From Candidatus Heimdallarchaeota archaeon (lineage in GTDB: Archaea > Asgardarchaeota > Heimdallarchaeia > Hodarchaeales > Hodarchaeaceae), in the NCBI GenBank assembly GCA_011364965.1, contig RDOB01000004.1, forward strand, positions 197,003-261,002: a DNA stretch of 64,000 nt, in the 5' to 3' direction. A program made the translations under genes and the position numbers. This document shows positions 21,332-31,371 of this stretch, one piece after another. Position 1 is the first letter of the stretch. Each line of letters opens with the position of its first letter. Under the pieces are notes generated by a model, which did no database searches, had not been told where the DNA came from, and saw only the letters and a list, made by a program, of their open reading frames with translations.

Positions 21332-22069
21332 ATGCCGATAACAGAAAATGATTGGATTAAGATAAATTATACAGGCCGATTAAAAGAGAATAATAAAGTG
21401 TTTGATACAACATATGAAGAAGTGGCCCGTGCTGAACAGATTTATGATGAAAAACGAGTATATTCTCCATTGCTTTGTCGTGCAGGAGATGAAAAATTCC
21501 TCATCCCAGGTTTAGCTAAAAAACTTGTGGGGATGGAACTGGAAACACCTCAAACCTTTAACATCCCAACCTTAGAAGCATATGGAGTAAGGGATAGTCG
21601 AAAGATAGAAATGGTTCCCACTAAAAGATTACGTAAGGCAAATATCGATCCACGAATAGGAATGCGAGTACAAATTTCAGGACGAAGTGGGACCATTATT
21701 CAAGTTGGTGGAGGTAGATCCCGAGTTGATTTCAATCACCCCCTCGCAGGGAAAGATCTTATCTTCGAAGTCACTATTCAAGAGCAAATAGAAGATGTAG
21801 CAACAATTCGAAAAGAAATCATATCTAGGAGACTCCCTGGAGTGAACATGGAAGAAGTGAAAATAGATGTGTCTGAGGATGAGCAAAAGATCTCTATATT
21901 GTTGCCAAACTATTTAATATTCATGGAAGGTCTTGCAATCGCAAAATATTCATTAGCTACAGAACTGCGTGATCTACTAGATTATAAAATCGTAGAATAT
22001 ATTGATCGTTTTGATTACACAGAAAAGGAAGAACCAGAAAAGAAAGAGATCGCAGAAGAGGAAGAGTAG
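21332..22069 (+). CDS. Long-type FKBP peptidyl-prolyl isomerase (SlyD-like)
   Basis: YTGRL, VFDTT, EAYGVRD, VDFNHPLAGKDL. Confidence 0.92.
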   Translation: MPITENDWIKINYTGRLKENNKVFDTTYEEVARAEQIYDEKRVYSPLLCRAGDEKFLIPGLAKKLVGMELETPQTFNIPTLEAYGVRDSRKIEMVPTKRLRKANIDPRIGMRVQISGRSGTIIQVGGGRSRVDFNHPLAGKDLIFEVTIQEQIEDVATIRKEIISRRLPGVNMEEVKIDVSEDEQKISILLPNYLIFMEGLAIAKYSLATELRDLLDYKIVEYIDRFDYTEKEEPEKKEIAEEEE

Positions 22070-22167
22070 GTTAATTAATTTCCTTTTTTTCGTTTAATAA
22101 TATCAAAATAGGAGAGTTTTGAGTCCTTTTTTGGACTCGAACATTATAGTTGTGAATATTGTGCAGT

Positions 22168-22371
22168 TCAAGTAACTTTGATTTTAGGTTCGTATTTCTT
22201 AGTCCACTTGAATTTTCGGGGATCACGTTTGAAATCAATTAAGGAACGTTTGCATTTACGACTACAAAGCCTAATTACTTGACCATTTTTCCGTACAAAG
22301 GAAAAACCAGTCCCTGGTTCAATATCATGGGCACAGAACGCACATTGGAATATTCTTACCATTGGATTCAC
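22168..22371 (-). CDS. rpl24e: 50S ribosomal protein L24e
   Basis: CAFC..DIEPGTG, CSRKC, PRKFKWT. Confidence 0.95.
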   Translation of the reverse strand: MNPMVRIFQCAFCAHDIEPGTGFSFVRKNGQVIRLCSRKCKRSLIDFKRDPRKFKWTKKYEPKIKVT

Positions 22372-22381
22372 CTTTTTATTA

Positions 22382-22597
22382 TTATGGACGCTTCAAGTTT
22401 CGAGCTTCTCGCTCTGTTTCTCGGAGCATTAGGACATCACCTTGTCTTATTGGCCCCTTTACATTACGAACAATAATTCGTCCTCTATCTCTGCCTTCTA
22501 GGACTCGAACTCGAACCTGTGTGATTTCTCCTGTGACACCAGTTCGACCGATGATTTGTAATACTTCCGATGGTATGGAGATATCTTCCTCACTCAT
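22382..22597 (-). CDS. rps28e: 30S ribosomal protein S28e
   Basis: [34 protein letters not shown]. Confidence 0.97.
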   Translation of the reverse strand: MSEEDISIPSEVLQIIGRTGVTGEITQVRVRVLEGRDRGRIIVRNVKGPIRQGDVLMLRETEREARNLKRP

Positions 22598-22616
22598 TTA
22601 ACAATCACCGAAGTCT

Positions 22617-22994
22617 TCAAATTCCCGCCAACTCTTTTATTCGAGTTGCTAAATTATCTATTTTAGCTTTTGCTTCGCCTTCCTTGACTATTGAGCAGCT
22701 AGCAGTCTTTACACCAAGATTACAGGCTTTTCCGAGTGAATCCTTGCTTTCCACAAATAGGTAAGGTATTTTTTTGTCCTTACACAGAAGGGGTAAATGA
22801 GCAACAATTTCTGGAGGATCCACGTCCATTGCAATGAATACTAATCGTGCATCTCCACGTTCGATACTTTTTGTAGTCTCATTTGTACCTTTACGAATAT
22901 TTTCAGGATCTGTACTTACAGTTTCCAGCACAGTTAAGGCATCATTTTCTAGGCCATCAGGTTGATCATAATTTACAAAAAATGGTTTACTCAT
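22617..22994 (-). CDS. rpl7ae: 50S ribosomal protein L7Ae
   Basis: IRKGTNETTKSIERG, DVDPPEIVAHLPLLC. Confidence 0.97.
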   Translation of the reverse strand: MSKPFFVNYDQPDGLENDALTVLETVSTDPENIRKGTNETTKSIERGDARLVFIAMDVDPPEIVAHLPLLCKDKKIPYLFVESKDSLGKACNLGVKTASCSIVKEGEAKAKIDNLATRIKELAGI

Positions 22995-23136
22995 ATGATT
23001 GCGACCTCCAGGGTCTTATTTCGAATTGAATAGTCATACCCAATCCTTGGTCGGGCATTTTAAACGCTCTACTCGTAATAATAAAAAGGTTCGTTAAGAC
23101 CTATCAGAAAAAGAATGTGTTTTTTCAATTATATTT

Positions 23137-24276
23137 TCATTTCTTCTCTCGCTGAAGGTATTCCTTTGGATTAATGCCATAATAATGCAAAATTTCAGCC
23201 GTTTTTCCTGTAATCACAAGCGGTGCGTGTTTCAATTCATTAATTGACTGACAACCTGTTAAAAAACATGTTAATCGAATTTGATATTCAATTTCCTTGA
23301 TCAGCGCGATTACGGCATCTGTAGAATGAGATTGAGTAGCAAAAAGGAATGGGATTGCCATCCCAGCTGCATCAGCTCCAAGAGCAATTAATTTTGCGAC
23401 ATCCAATCCATTTCTTACTCCTCCTGACCCAATTATTACACCTTCAAAATTTTTTGTCGATAAAATAGTACTAATTGCTGTGGGAATTCCCCAATCCCAG
23501 AAGATTTCTCCAGCTTTCTTTAGTAGAGGAGTGTTGGCACGAATTGATTCTACTCCAGCCCATGAAGTTCCACCAACACCTTGAATATCTATCGCAGAGA
23601 ATCCCATCTCTTTGATTGATTTTATATCTTTGAGGCTAAATCCTGATCCGACTTCTTTGGCAATAACAGGAACTTTGCTACTTTTAATTATTCTTGTGGT
23701 TTTAGCTATCAATTCTTTAAGATCAGTATCGCCTTCAGGTTGGATAGCTTCTTGTAATGGATTGAAATGGATAGCAACTGCTGTTGCTGAAATCATATCT
23801 GCAATTTCATTAAACTCATCCCCTGATAATCCAAGTGCTATCTGTCCCGCTCCAATATTTCCTATGATCAGAGAATCAGGTGCTTGTTCTCTGACAATCT
23901 TAAATGTCTCTCTGAGATCTTTATCTTCTAAAGCTGCCCGTTGACTTCCTACACCCATTCCGATACCTAATTTATTAGCTGCTTTAGATAAAAAATGATT
24001 TAATTTGTAAGCAAAATCATGCCCTCCAGTCATCCCAGATATTACCAAAGGTATATTTAGTTTCTTGCCAAATATTTCAGTAGATATATCAATTTCGTTT
24101 AAAGAAAGCTGAGTTGTAGCTCGATGGATAAAAGAAATGTCATCTAAGCCAGTTGTTACTGTTTGAGCTTGAACATCGTGTTCTAAACATATCTGAAGAT
24201 GAGCTAATTTTCTATCTGAAGTGATAGATTCTTTTTCGTCCGCTTGATCTTTCGATTTTGTATATTGAATTTCCAT
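23137..24276 (-). CDS. fni: Type 2 isopentenyl-diphosphate delta-isomerase
   Basis: RKLAHL, ISGMTGG, GVGSQR, NPLQEAIQPEGD, KEVGSG, GGTSW, DWGIPT. Confidence 0.95.
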   Translation of the reverse strand: MEIQYTKSKDQADEKESITSDRKLAHLQICLEHDVQAQTVTTGLDDISFIHRATTQLSLNEIDISTEIFGKKLNIPLVISGMTGGHDFAYKLNHFLSKAANKLGIGMGVGSQRAALEDKDLRETFKIVREQAPDSLIIGNIGAGQIALGLSGDEFNEIADMISATAVAIHFNPLQEAIQPEGDTDLKELIAKTTRIIKSSKVPVIAKEVGSGFSLKDIKSIKEMGFSAIDIQGVGGTSWAGVESIRANTPLLKKAGEIFWDWGIPTAISTILSTKNFEGVIIGSGGVRNGLDVAKLIALGADAAGMAIPFLFATQSHSTDAVIALIKEIEYQIRLTCFLTGCQSINELKHAPLVITGKTAEILHYYGINPKEYLQREKK

Positions 24277-24308
24277 TCACCATTCGCTCGCTATTCACAT
24301 ATTTTTCT

Positions 24309-24896
24309 TCACTCTGATTTTTTTCTTTCATTCCAACGTTTAAAACTAGTATTAGGGATATTCAAGCAATCTAATACTTTACCTGTGATGAAATTGTACA
24401 AATCCTGAAGTGATTGAGGATTATGATAAAATCCGGGAGCTAGGGGGAGAATAGTTGCACCATAGGTGGCTAATTTTGCTAGGTTGTGAAGGCATGCAGG
24501 GCTTACTGGGGTTTCACGGAATGCTACAATCAGAGATTTACGCATTTTTAGCATATTATCTGCAGCACGAGAGATTAAATCTCCTGTATACCCATTTGCA
24601 ATGTTACTCACGGATTTCACTGTAGCAGGAATGACTATCATACCATCAACAAGGAATGAACTACTTGATATTGATGCACTCATATTTTTATTATCATAGA
24701 GATAGTTTACGAGACTCTCAAGGTCTGAGAGCTTTAGTTCTGTTTCATCAGCTAACACATAATTTGCCCACTCACTTGTAATAACATGAACTTCTATTCC
24801 ATTTGCTTTAAGAGCTTTAATAACCTCTATACCGTAGATAATCCCAGAAGCTCCAGTCAAGCCTACAATAATTCTTTTAGACTCCAAATCACACAC
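24309..24896 (-). CDS. ubiX: UbiX flavin prenyltransferase
   Basis: GLTGASG..YG, ISSSSF, LISRAAD, RETP, PGFYHNP. Confidence 0.93.
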   Translation of the reverse strand: MCDLESKRIIVGLTGASGIIYGIEVIKALKANGIEVHVITSEWANYVLADETELKLSDLESLVNYLYDNKNMSASISSSSFLVDGMIVIPATVKSVSNIANGYTGDLISRAADNMLKMRKSLIVAFRETPVSPACLHNLAKLATYGATILPLAPGFYHNPQSLQDLYNFITGKVLDCLNIPNTSFKRWNERKKSE

Positions 24897-25007
24897 TCAC
24901 CAGATGAGAATGGAATATCTGTTTCAAATTCTGAAAGTTTGAGGGGTAATTAATAATTGTGTCCTACTTTGAGGAAATAATAAAATTATTATTATTTTAT
25001 TTCAATC

Positions 25008-25178
25008 TTACTCCTTTTCTAGCTTAATCCCTTCTTGTGTAATTCCAATGTCAATAAGCATTATACCATGATCTTTCCATTCTTGAATAACCATTTCAGA
25101 AGCTCTTTTACTAAAAGCTACTCCAATACTACATCACCCCCTTCGACACCTGAAAATTTTGCAACAGCTCCATTTCAT
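25008..25178 (-). pseudogene. Remnant of a GHMP kinase C-terminus, phosphomevalonate kinase-like
   Basis: AGGAG RBS plus ATG, then GAVAKFSGVEGGD-[1-nt deletion]-SIGVAFSKRASEMVIQEWKDHGIMLIDIGITQEGIKLEKE*, a decayed AKxSGAGGGDC motif. Confidence 0.7.
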
Positions 25179-25345
25179 TAGTATCTTCTCCTATTTGAAA
25201 GCTCGTTTGAATTTATTATGTTCTATGTAAATCAACCCTTAATTAAGCTCCTCGTTGAGAAAAGCAAAAATAAAATATTAGAAAAAAAGAAGTTTTTATG
25301 GTCTCAGGAACGGAGAATAGAGAAAGAAAGGGGAGAAAGAATGAT

Positions 25346-25735
25346 TTATTGGACTTGAACTGTTGCATTATTCGCATCGATTGAAAGTTTCATACCAGTA
25401 GAAATTTGGGAAATATCAATCTGATCTACACAAGGAATCTCCCCGATAATACATCCAACTGCAACAATGGCTTCGCAATCTTTAAGAATAAGCCCCTTCG
25501 GACCCTTACCAGTTTTAGCCATTTGATAGAGAACATAGGATCCAACAGTAGATCCTTTACCTGAGGGAAAGACCAAAATTTTGTCCACGATGCTTTGGCC
25601 TTCTAATTCATGGCCTTTTTCAACTACAATACCATTTTCTGGATCAACACCACCGTAAAAAGAAATACTTTGAGTGGTAACCAAAGCTTCTCCTTCAGTT
25701 TTACCTTTGTAGATTCTTCTACCTGTTAATTTCAT
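25346..25735 (-). CDS. Phosphomevalonate dehydratase small subunit (AcnX swiveling domain, DUF126)
   Basis: ISFYGGVDP, GKGSTVGSYVLY; follows the AcnX large subunit. Confidence 0.9.
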   Translation of the reverse strand: MKLTGRRIYKGKTEGEALVTTQSISFYGGVDPENGIVVEKGHELEGQSIVDKILVFPSGKGSTVGSYVLYQMAKTGKGPKGLILKDCEAIVAVGCIIGEIPCVDQIDISQISTGMKLSIDANNATVQVQ

Positions 25736-26916
25736 TATTCCATAGCCTCCTCTAAACATTTATCCATCGACATTAGCTTCACAGAAAATTTATTCCGACC
25801 CGATCCATAATAACACATCTTAGCTGAATCGGATGCTAATCCATGGAAACGACCCTTTATAGGAGCGACAACACAGCAGGTATCAGCAGCAATTTTCGCA
25901 CCAGAGTCCTCAATCATCTTTGTGAACCCCATACGATCTGCAATCTGTTTTGTTGGACGAGCAGTTGTAATCCAAACTTCTTTCTTGGGATTGATTTTCT
26001 TCCCTTCAAGTTTCTTGGCAATATATTCTAATTCAGATAATGAAGCATGGGGACAGCCAAGACTGATGAAATCTATTTCAGTGTCATCATCTAACTCGCT
26101 GAAGGCTTTTTTCATATCAGCATCAGTAACATCTATGCTTTCATCAGGAATTTTCTTGACTCTATCAGGAGTAATTCCTTCCATGTGGAAAAGTGCCACA
26201 CCGCCATATGTAGCATAAGAGGCACAGAACGATTTAAGCTCTTCAACAGTTGCTTTAGGAATACCAGTAATGTAGGTTATTTTATCACCTAAACGGTCCC
26301 CTAAAACCTTTCCCAAAGCACCGAACTGGTAAGTACCTTTAACCTGTGTTTTAACATTAATACGAATTTCGGGTTGACGATTCTCCTCAAGATGAAATCC
26401 GTATTCGGGGGTTTTACCAACAAGAGCAGCACTCAGAGCACTAGGTCCGCCTTCACGATTCGTACGCGCACCTAAAACAGAGTTAGCGTAACAAACTGCA
26501 CTACTTTCCGACCAAGCAATGTGTTGACCATAATGAGGCAGATTTCCATATAAATAGGGGGTACAGGAACATGTAGTAATAATTCCCATCCTTCCAAAGG
26601 CATCAACAACTCGCTGTTGATTCCTAGCAAACTCTTCATTAATAGCAAGTTTTCTCCATTCTTCTAGATCCATTCCTGCGGGATTCAGGGTGGTAAAAAC
26701 TCGCACTCTGCCATCGTTGGCCATATCTGCTAGCCAATCAAGGCCTGGTTCATTTAAATTAGCATAGCTGACACCTGCTACTTGAACAGATGTTATTTCA
26801 ATTAAACGCTTTGCGCCGTAAATTTCACCTAAAGTTATCAAAATTTCCATTGCTTTTCTAGTAGCTTCTCCATATTTCCCTTCAGCCATTTCTTGTTCTT
26901 CAGTAGTAAGTTCCAT
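25735..26916 (-). CDS. Phosphomevalonate dehydratase large subunit (aconitase X, DUF521)
   Basis: GVSY, TTLNP, TCSCTPY, AWSESSAVCYANSVLGARTNREGG, LGCPHAS, DTCCVVAP, DSAK. Confidence 0.92.
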   Translation of the reverse strand: MELTTEEQEMAEGKYGEATRKAMEILITLGEIYGAKRLIEITSVQVAGVSYANLNEPGLDWLADMANDGRVRVFTTLNPAGMDLEEWRKLAINEEFARNQQRVVDAFGRMGIITTCSCTPYLYGNLPHYGQHIAWSESSAVCYANSVLGARTNREGGPSALSAALVGKTPEYGFHLEENRQPEIRINVKTQVKGTYQFGALGKVLGDRLGDKITYITGIPKATVEELKSFCASYATYGGVALFHMEGITPDRVKKIPDESIDVTDADMKKAFSELDDDTEIDFISLGCPHASLSELEYIAKKLEGKKINPKKEVWITTARPTKQIADRMGFTKMIEDSGAKIAADTCCVVAPIKGRFHGLASDSAKMCYYGSGRNKFSVKLMSMDKCLEEAME

Positions 26917-26930
26917 TTTCTTTAACCTCA

Positions 26931-28238
26931 TTATTCAATATAATCTCTCAAATCCACCTTGGGAAATTCTGCTTTAGCAAATCCCTTACCCTTGGTAACT
27001 AGGGGAGCTGTAAAATCGAATCCCACTTTATTAGTGATCTTTGTTCCAGGTTCAGCGCTTGGATCAAGGCTTGACCCAGGTTCTTTCCCTATATCTACAA
27101 GACCACTTTCAGCTTGGAATCGTGTCGCCATAGACCATTCTACTTCAAGCGGGTCATAAATATTAATGTCTTTATCTACTACAAAGACATGTTTACAACT
27201 ACGATGCCCCTGAAACGCGGCGTGAATCGCTTTCTTTCCATCATCCTCATTTTGTTTATCAATTTTTACAATAGCATGTAACCAAGATGATCCCCCAGGG
27301 TTCACGTTGACATCCAGGCATTTCACACCTGCTTCATTCACCGCTTTGTAAATTGTAGGTTCACGAGGCATTCCCATTAGGACTTTATGCTCTAAAGCGC
27401 CGGGTAAGAGGGCCTGCCAAATCGGGTTTTTGCGATGAGTGATTCTCCTAACCTCAAAGACAGGTTCTTCGCGAACTATATCATAGGTTTCAGTCAGATC
27501 TATGAATGGCCCTTCATTTGAGCGATCATTCATAAATACTCTTCCTTCAAGTACAAACTCGCATCCTGCAGGAATAATTAGATCAAGAGTAGTCGCTTTT
27601 GTAACTTCCATTGGAGAAAGAGCATTAGCTATTTCCAATTCATTTATCCCTGTTTTCACCGAGGTTGCTGCGGCGACCAATACATTAGGAGTATTCCCAA
27701 CACAATAAGCTGCATCTACTTCCCCATTTTTCTCAAGGAATTTATAAAAGTCCCGTCCTTTGATTATACGGGTACTCATTCGATTCGCAGAGAATTGCAT
27801 CGCACGATGAAAGTCAAGATTCTGCCCAAATTCTGAATCTTTGGTTACCACAACTGCAGAAGAGATATATCGTCCGCCATCACTTTCATTATGTTTTAAA
27901 ATGGGCAATTTGTCAAGATTGACGCCATTCATGACGACCTCCTGACAGGGAGCGTTGGTTATTACCTCTGGTGGGCTTCGTTTATCAATTGCTTCCGTAA
28001 GTCTCGGAATCAACTGGGATGTTGTAATTCCGAAATAATCTGCGATACTAGTTTTTGTACAAAAAACATTCCCAGCCACACGAAAATTAGGATATCCTTT
28101 GACATTTTCAAATAGTAGAGGGGTAGGTTCTGCTGTTTTTAGGACAGCAGCTGCTTCAATATCTATACTAACTTCTTTTTTAATTTTCGTGATGGAACTA
28201 TTTTTATCAAGTTTTTCTATATACTCTCTAAAATGCAT
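26931..28238 (-). CDS. UbiD-family decarboxylase (anhydromevalonate phosphate decarboxylase)
   Basis: DGGRY, EFVLEG, EGPFIDLTETYD, EHKVLMGMPREP, VEWSMATR, GSSLDPS; located in the MVA operon. Confidence 0.9.
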   Translation of the reverse strand: MHFREYIEKLDKNSSITKIKKEVSIDIEAAAVLKTAEPTPLLFENVKGYPNFRVAGNVFCTKTSIADYFGITTSQLIPRLTEAIDKRSPPEVITNAPCQEVVMNGVNLDKLPILKHNESDGGRYISSAVVVTKDSEFGQNLDFHRAMQFSANRMSTRIIKGRDFYKFLEKNGEVDAAYCVGNTPNVLVAAATSVKTGINELEIANALSPMEVTKATTLDLIIPAGCEFVLEGRVFMNDRSNEGPFIDLTETYDIVREEPVFEVRRITHRKNPIWQALLPGALEHKVLMGMPREPTIYKAVNEAGVKCLDVNVNPGGSSWLHAIVKIDKQNEDDGKKAIHAAFQGHRSCKHVFVVDKDINIYDPLEVEWSMATRFQAESGLVDIGKEPGSSLDPSAEPGTKITNKVGFDFTAPLVTKGKGFAKAEFPKVDLRDYIE

Positions 28239-28273
28239 TTTTTATCACCAAATAATGTTTTATTTCATAAAAT

Positions 28274-29212
28274 TCAGACTCCAATTTTTGTTTTCCATGC
28301 AGGGAATCCTGCATTTGTAAGTGATTTGTAGACTTTATCTTGAAGTTCAGCTCCAGGGGTTAAGCAGTTAATATTTCCCCCACGACCGGTACCAGTTACT
28401 TTAGCCCCGAGAGCACCCGCTTTTCTAGCAATCTTAACCATTTTATCTAACTTCTCATTGGAAACGGTTATTTGCTGAAGTAAACCATGATTTTTATTCA
28501 TTAATTGACCAACTCGTTCTAAATCCATTTCATCAAGAGCTTGTCGAGCTTCCTTCATAACATCTTGATACTCTTTTATTATCTTATCAAACCAATCAGG
28601 ATTTTCTTCTTTCTTTTTCCGAACATCAGCTACGACCACACTCGTATTAGCTGTCATACCTGAGCTTGCAATTACCATCTCCACTGGTTTTGCAACTTTG
28701 ATTGTTTCCATGGTGTTTGACCCACCTTCTAGATTTTTCACAAAATATACTAGTCCTCCGAAGGTGGATGCCGTATTATCGATTCCACTTGGCGTACCAT
28801 GATATCCTTTCTCTCCCTCATATGCAGCTTCGTTTATTTTGTGATCATCCCATCCTAGATTTAATTCATCGTTTATAGCACGAGCTAAGGCAACACAACT
28901 GGCTGCAGAGGCCCCAACACCACTTGCACAAGTTAAATTTCCTCCAAGAGTGATATCGAGATGCTTTCGTTCCAAATCTACGCCCATATAATCTATTATA
29001 TTTTTTATTGATATTTTTTGTTCATCAAATTTTTTCTCTTTATAACCAGGCACTTCTGGCCTGTCATCTATGAGGTTGTACCCTCGTCCTTCAGTTATCT
29101 TTACCTCTGCATCAGTAGAATCCCCAATTGCAGAAGCAAGAGCGGGTAAACCATACACAACGAAATGTTCACCAAAAAGGATCGTTTTACCGAATCCAGA
29201 ACCTTTTCCCAT
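28274..29212 (-). CDS. mvk: Mevalonate kinase
   Basis: GKTILFGEHFVVYG, SGVGASAA, HGTPSGIDN, GAKVTGTGRGG. Confidence 0.93.
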   Translation of the reverse strand: MGKGSGFGKTILFGEHFVVYGLPALASAIGDSTDAEVKITEGRGYNLIDDRPEVPGYKEKKFDEQKISIKNIIDYMGVDLERKHLDITLGGNLTCASGVGASAASCVALARAINDELNLGWDDHKINEAAYEGEKGYHGTPSGIDNTASTFGGLVYFVKNLEGGSNTMETIKVAKPVEMVIASSGMTANTSVVVADVRKKKEENPDWFDKIIKEYQDVMKEARQALDEMDLERVGQLMNKNHGLLQQITVSNEKLDKMVKIARKAGALGAKVTGTGRGGNINCLTPGAELQDKVYKSLTNAGFPAWKTKIGV

Positions 29213-29470
29213 TATTAAGTTCTCCTATATTAAAAACTAAATCTCTAATGAGATCTATAATTACTTTTAGTGTTATTTTATCACTAATCTAAAAATCTTC
29301 TACTGTAATTATTATCTTCAAATTGCCACTATGGATTGAAGTTGACACTTAAAGCTATTTTTTTTTCTTGATAGAGAGTAGGGTTGGTTTATTCATCTCA
29401 AGAATTGGAAGTTGTCCATTATATGGTGGGAAAGAAAAATTGAAATAGCTGTTCTTGATAGCTTCCTATC

Positions 29471-30664
29471 ATGAGGACTCTGACAGATGTACAGTTGGAG
29501 GGAAAAGTCTGCTTAACTCGTGTTGATCTAAACTGTCCCCTTGATGAGAATTTGAATCTTTTAGATATAACTCGAATAAAAGCTCATGCAGAGACTATCA
29601 AATTCATCTCTGACAGAAAGGGGAAGGTTGTAGTTATTGCACACCAAGGACGTCCAGGAAGCTCGGATTTTAGTAGTTTAAAGCTCCACGCGGAAAGCTT
29701 GGGAAAAATTCTTGGTGCCAAATATACTGTGGTTTTTATTGCCAAAACTCATGGTCCCGAAGTGGAAAATAGAATTAGAAAAATGAAATTGGGGGAGATA
29801 CTGGTACTAGAAAATGTGAGAATGGTTGAAAATGAAACTAAAGAGAAACCTGCAACTGAACACGCACAAGACATTTATATTCAGAGTCTTGCTAAAGTGG
29901 GAGATATCTTCGTGAATGATGCCTTTTCAGCTGCACATCGTTCACATGCAAGTTTAGTGGGCTTCACTCCTTTAATGCCCTCAGTTGCAGGATTAATAAT
30001 GGCCAAGGAAGTCCAAAGTCTCCAACGTGTAGTTGAAAACCCTGAAAAACCCTGTGTATTTATTCTTGGAGGAATTAAACCTGAAGATTCATTTAAAGTA
30101 GCTGAACATGTACTTACAAATGATATAGCTGATTATATATTAACAGGAGGTGCTGTGTCTCAAATACTACTTGTTGCAACAGGAAAATCTCTTGGGACTC
30201 CCTCAATGGACTTTCTAAAGAAAAAGAATTTATTAAAATTCATTGATATCGCTAAATCGCAAATGGATCGTTTTGGTGGTAAAATTAAATTTCAATCTGA
30301 TTTTGCCATTAATGATGGGGGCCGTAGGATTGTAACTTTGAAAGATCTCCCTCTGAACTTTCCAATTTTGGACATAGGGAACAAAACTATAGAAGAATTC
30401 AAAGAAATCATTAAAAAATCTTCTACCTGTGTTTTAAACGGACCTATGGGAAAATTTGAAGACGAAGGATTTGATGTTGGTACTGTAGAAGTATTTAAAG
30501 CAATGGAAGAATCAAAAGGATTTTCATTGGCTGGTGGGGGGCATAGTGTATCAGTTCTTGACAAATATCAAATTAATCTTTCCTATGTAAGTACTGCGGG
30601 TGGTGCAATGATTCAATTTCTTATGGGGAAGCCTTTACCCGCAATTATGGCCCTAAATTCCTAA
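29471..30664 (+). CDS. pgk: Phosphoglycerate kinase
   Basis: RVDLNCP, AHQGRPG, LENVR, NDAFSAAHRSHAS, NGPMGKFE, STAGGA. Confidence 0.96.
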   Translation: MRTLTDVQLEGKVCLTRVDLNCPLDENLNLLDITRIKAHAETIKFISDRKGKVVVIAHQGRPGSSDFSSLKLHAESLGKILGAKYTVVFIAKTHGPEVENRIRKMKLGEILVLENVRMVENETKEKPATEHAQDIYIQSLAKVGDIFVNDAFSAAHRSHASLVGFTPLMPSVAGLIMAKEVQSLQRVVENPEKPCVFILGGIKPEDSFKVAEHVLTNDIADYILTGGAVSQILLVATGKSLGTPSMDFLKKKNLLKFIDIAKSQMDRFGGKIKFQSDFAINDGGRRIVTLKDLPLNFPILDIGNKTIEEFKEIIKKSSTCVLNGPMGKFEDEGFDVGTVEVFKAMEESKGFSLAGGGHSVSVLDKYQINLSYVSTAGGAMIQFLMGKPLPAIMALNS

Positions 30665-30799
30665 TATATTGAGGAATATTTGAAAGTATGTCAATATTTC
30701 ATTGGTCCAATAAAAAAATTTGATATCCAAATAAGCGAATAAATAAAAGAATCATAAGAGAAGTAAGCTACATGACTAGTTTATCAAGAGGAATGACCC

Positions 30800-31327
30800 T
30801 TGGATCCAAAAGAAATCGAACAACTGAGAGCAGATTTAGATCTGCTTACCAAAACTGCCCATGTTCTCGCTTCCAAATTGGAGAAAGTATCTCAGAAGGT
30901 TGATGAAATCCTTGCAACAACAGTGGGGGCAGAAGCAGCCCCTTCAGCAGTTAAAACTCCGCCAACACAACCCTCAGCTCCGGTAGCCCCCACACAAGCA
31001 GCTACTGTTAAAACCTCAGCTCCAACACCTAAAATAACAACGAGTTCTGCAGATTTTGCTGGTGATTCGTCTTCTAAAGCGGGACGCCTTCTTGATGCGT
31101 TTCTTGGTCAAGCTCAAACCATGACGAAGGGAAAGGATATCGCAGCTGCTCTTTCGAGATTAAGAGATCAGGTTATGCAAACGCCTGGCATGGCTTTTCA
31201 TCCCGCATTTCACGAGATGGGTAGATACGCTACCCAGATGAAGAGTATTAATCAAATATCAGCAGAAGAAAAAGAAGCCCTCTTTGAAAAAATCTATGAT
31301 TGGAAAGCCCGTCTTACAACTACCTAA
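30800..31327 (+). CDS. Hypothetical protein (N-terminal coiled coil, Pro/Thr/Ala linker, helical C-terminal domain)
   Basis: Long ORF with upstream GAGG; composition suggests a coiled coil and a disordered linker. Confidence 0.75.
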   Translation: MDPKEIEQLRADLDLLTKTAHVLASKLEKVSQKVDEILATTVGAEAAPSAVKTPPTQPSAPVAPTQAATVKTSAPTPKITTSSADFAGDSSSKAGRLLDAFLGQAQTMTKGKDIAAALSRLRDQVMQTPGMAFHPAFHEMGRYATQMKSINQISAEEKEALFEKIYDWKARLTTT

Positions 31328-31371
31328 TTTTTAGATTCTTTATTTGATTAATATAATAATTTTACTTAACA

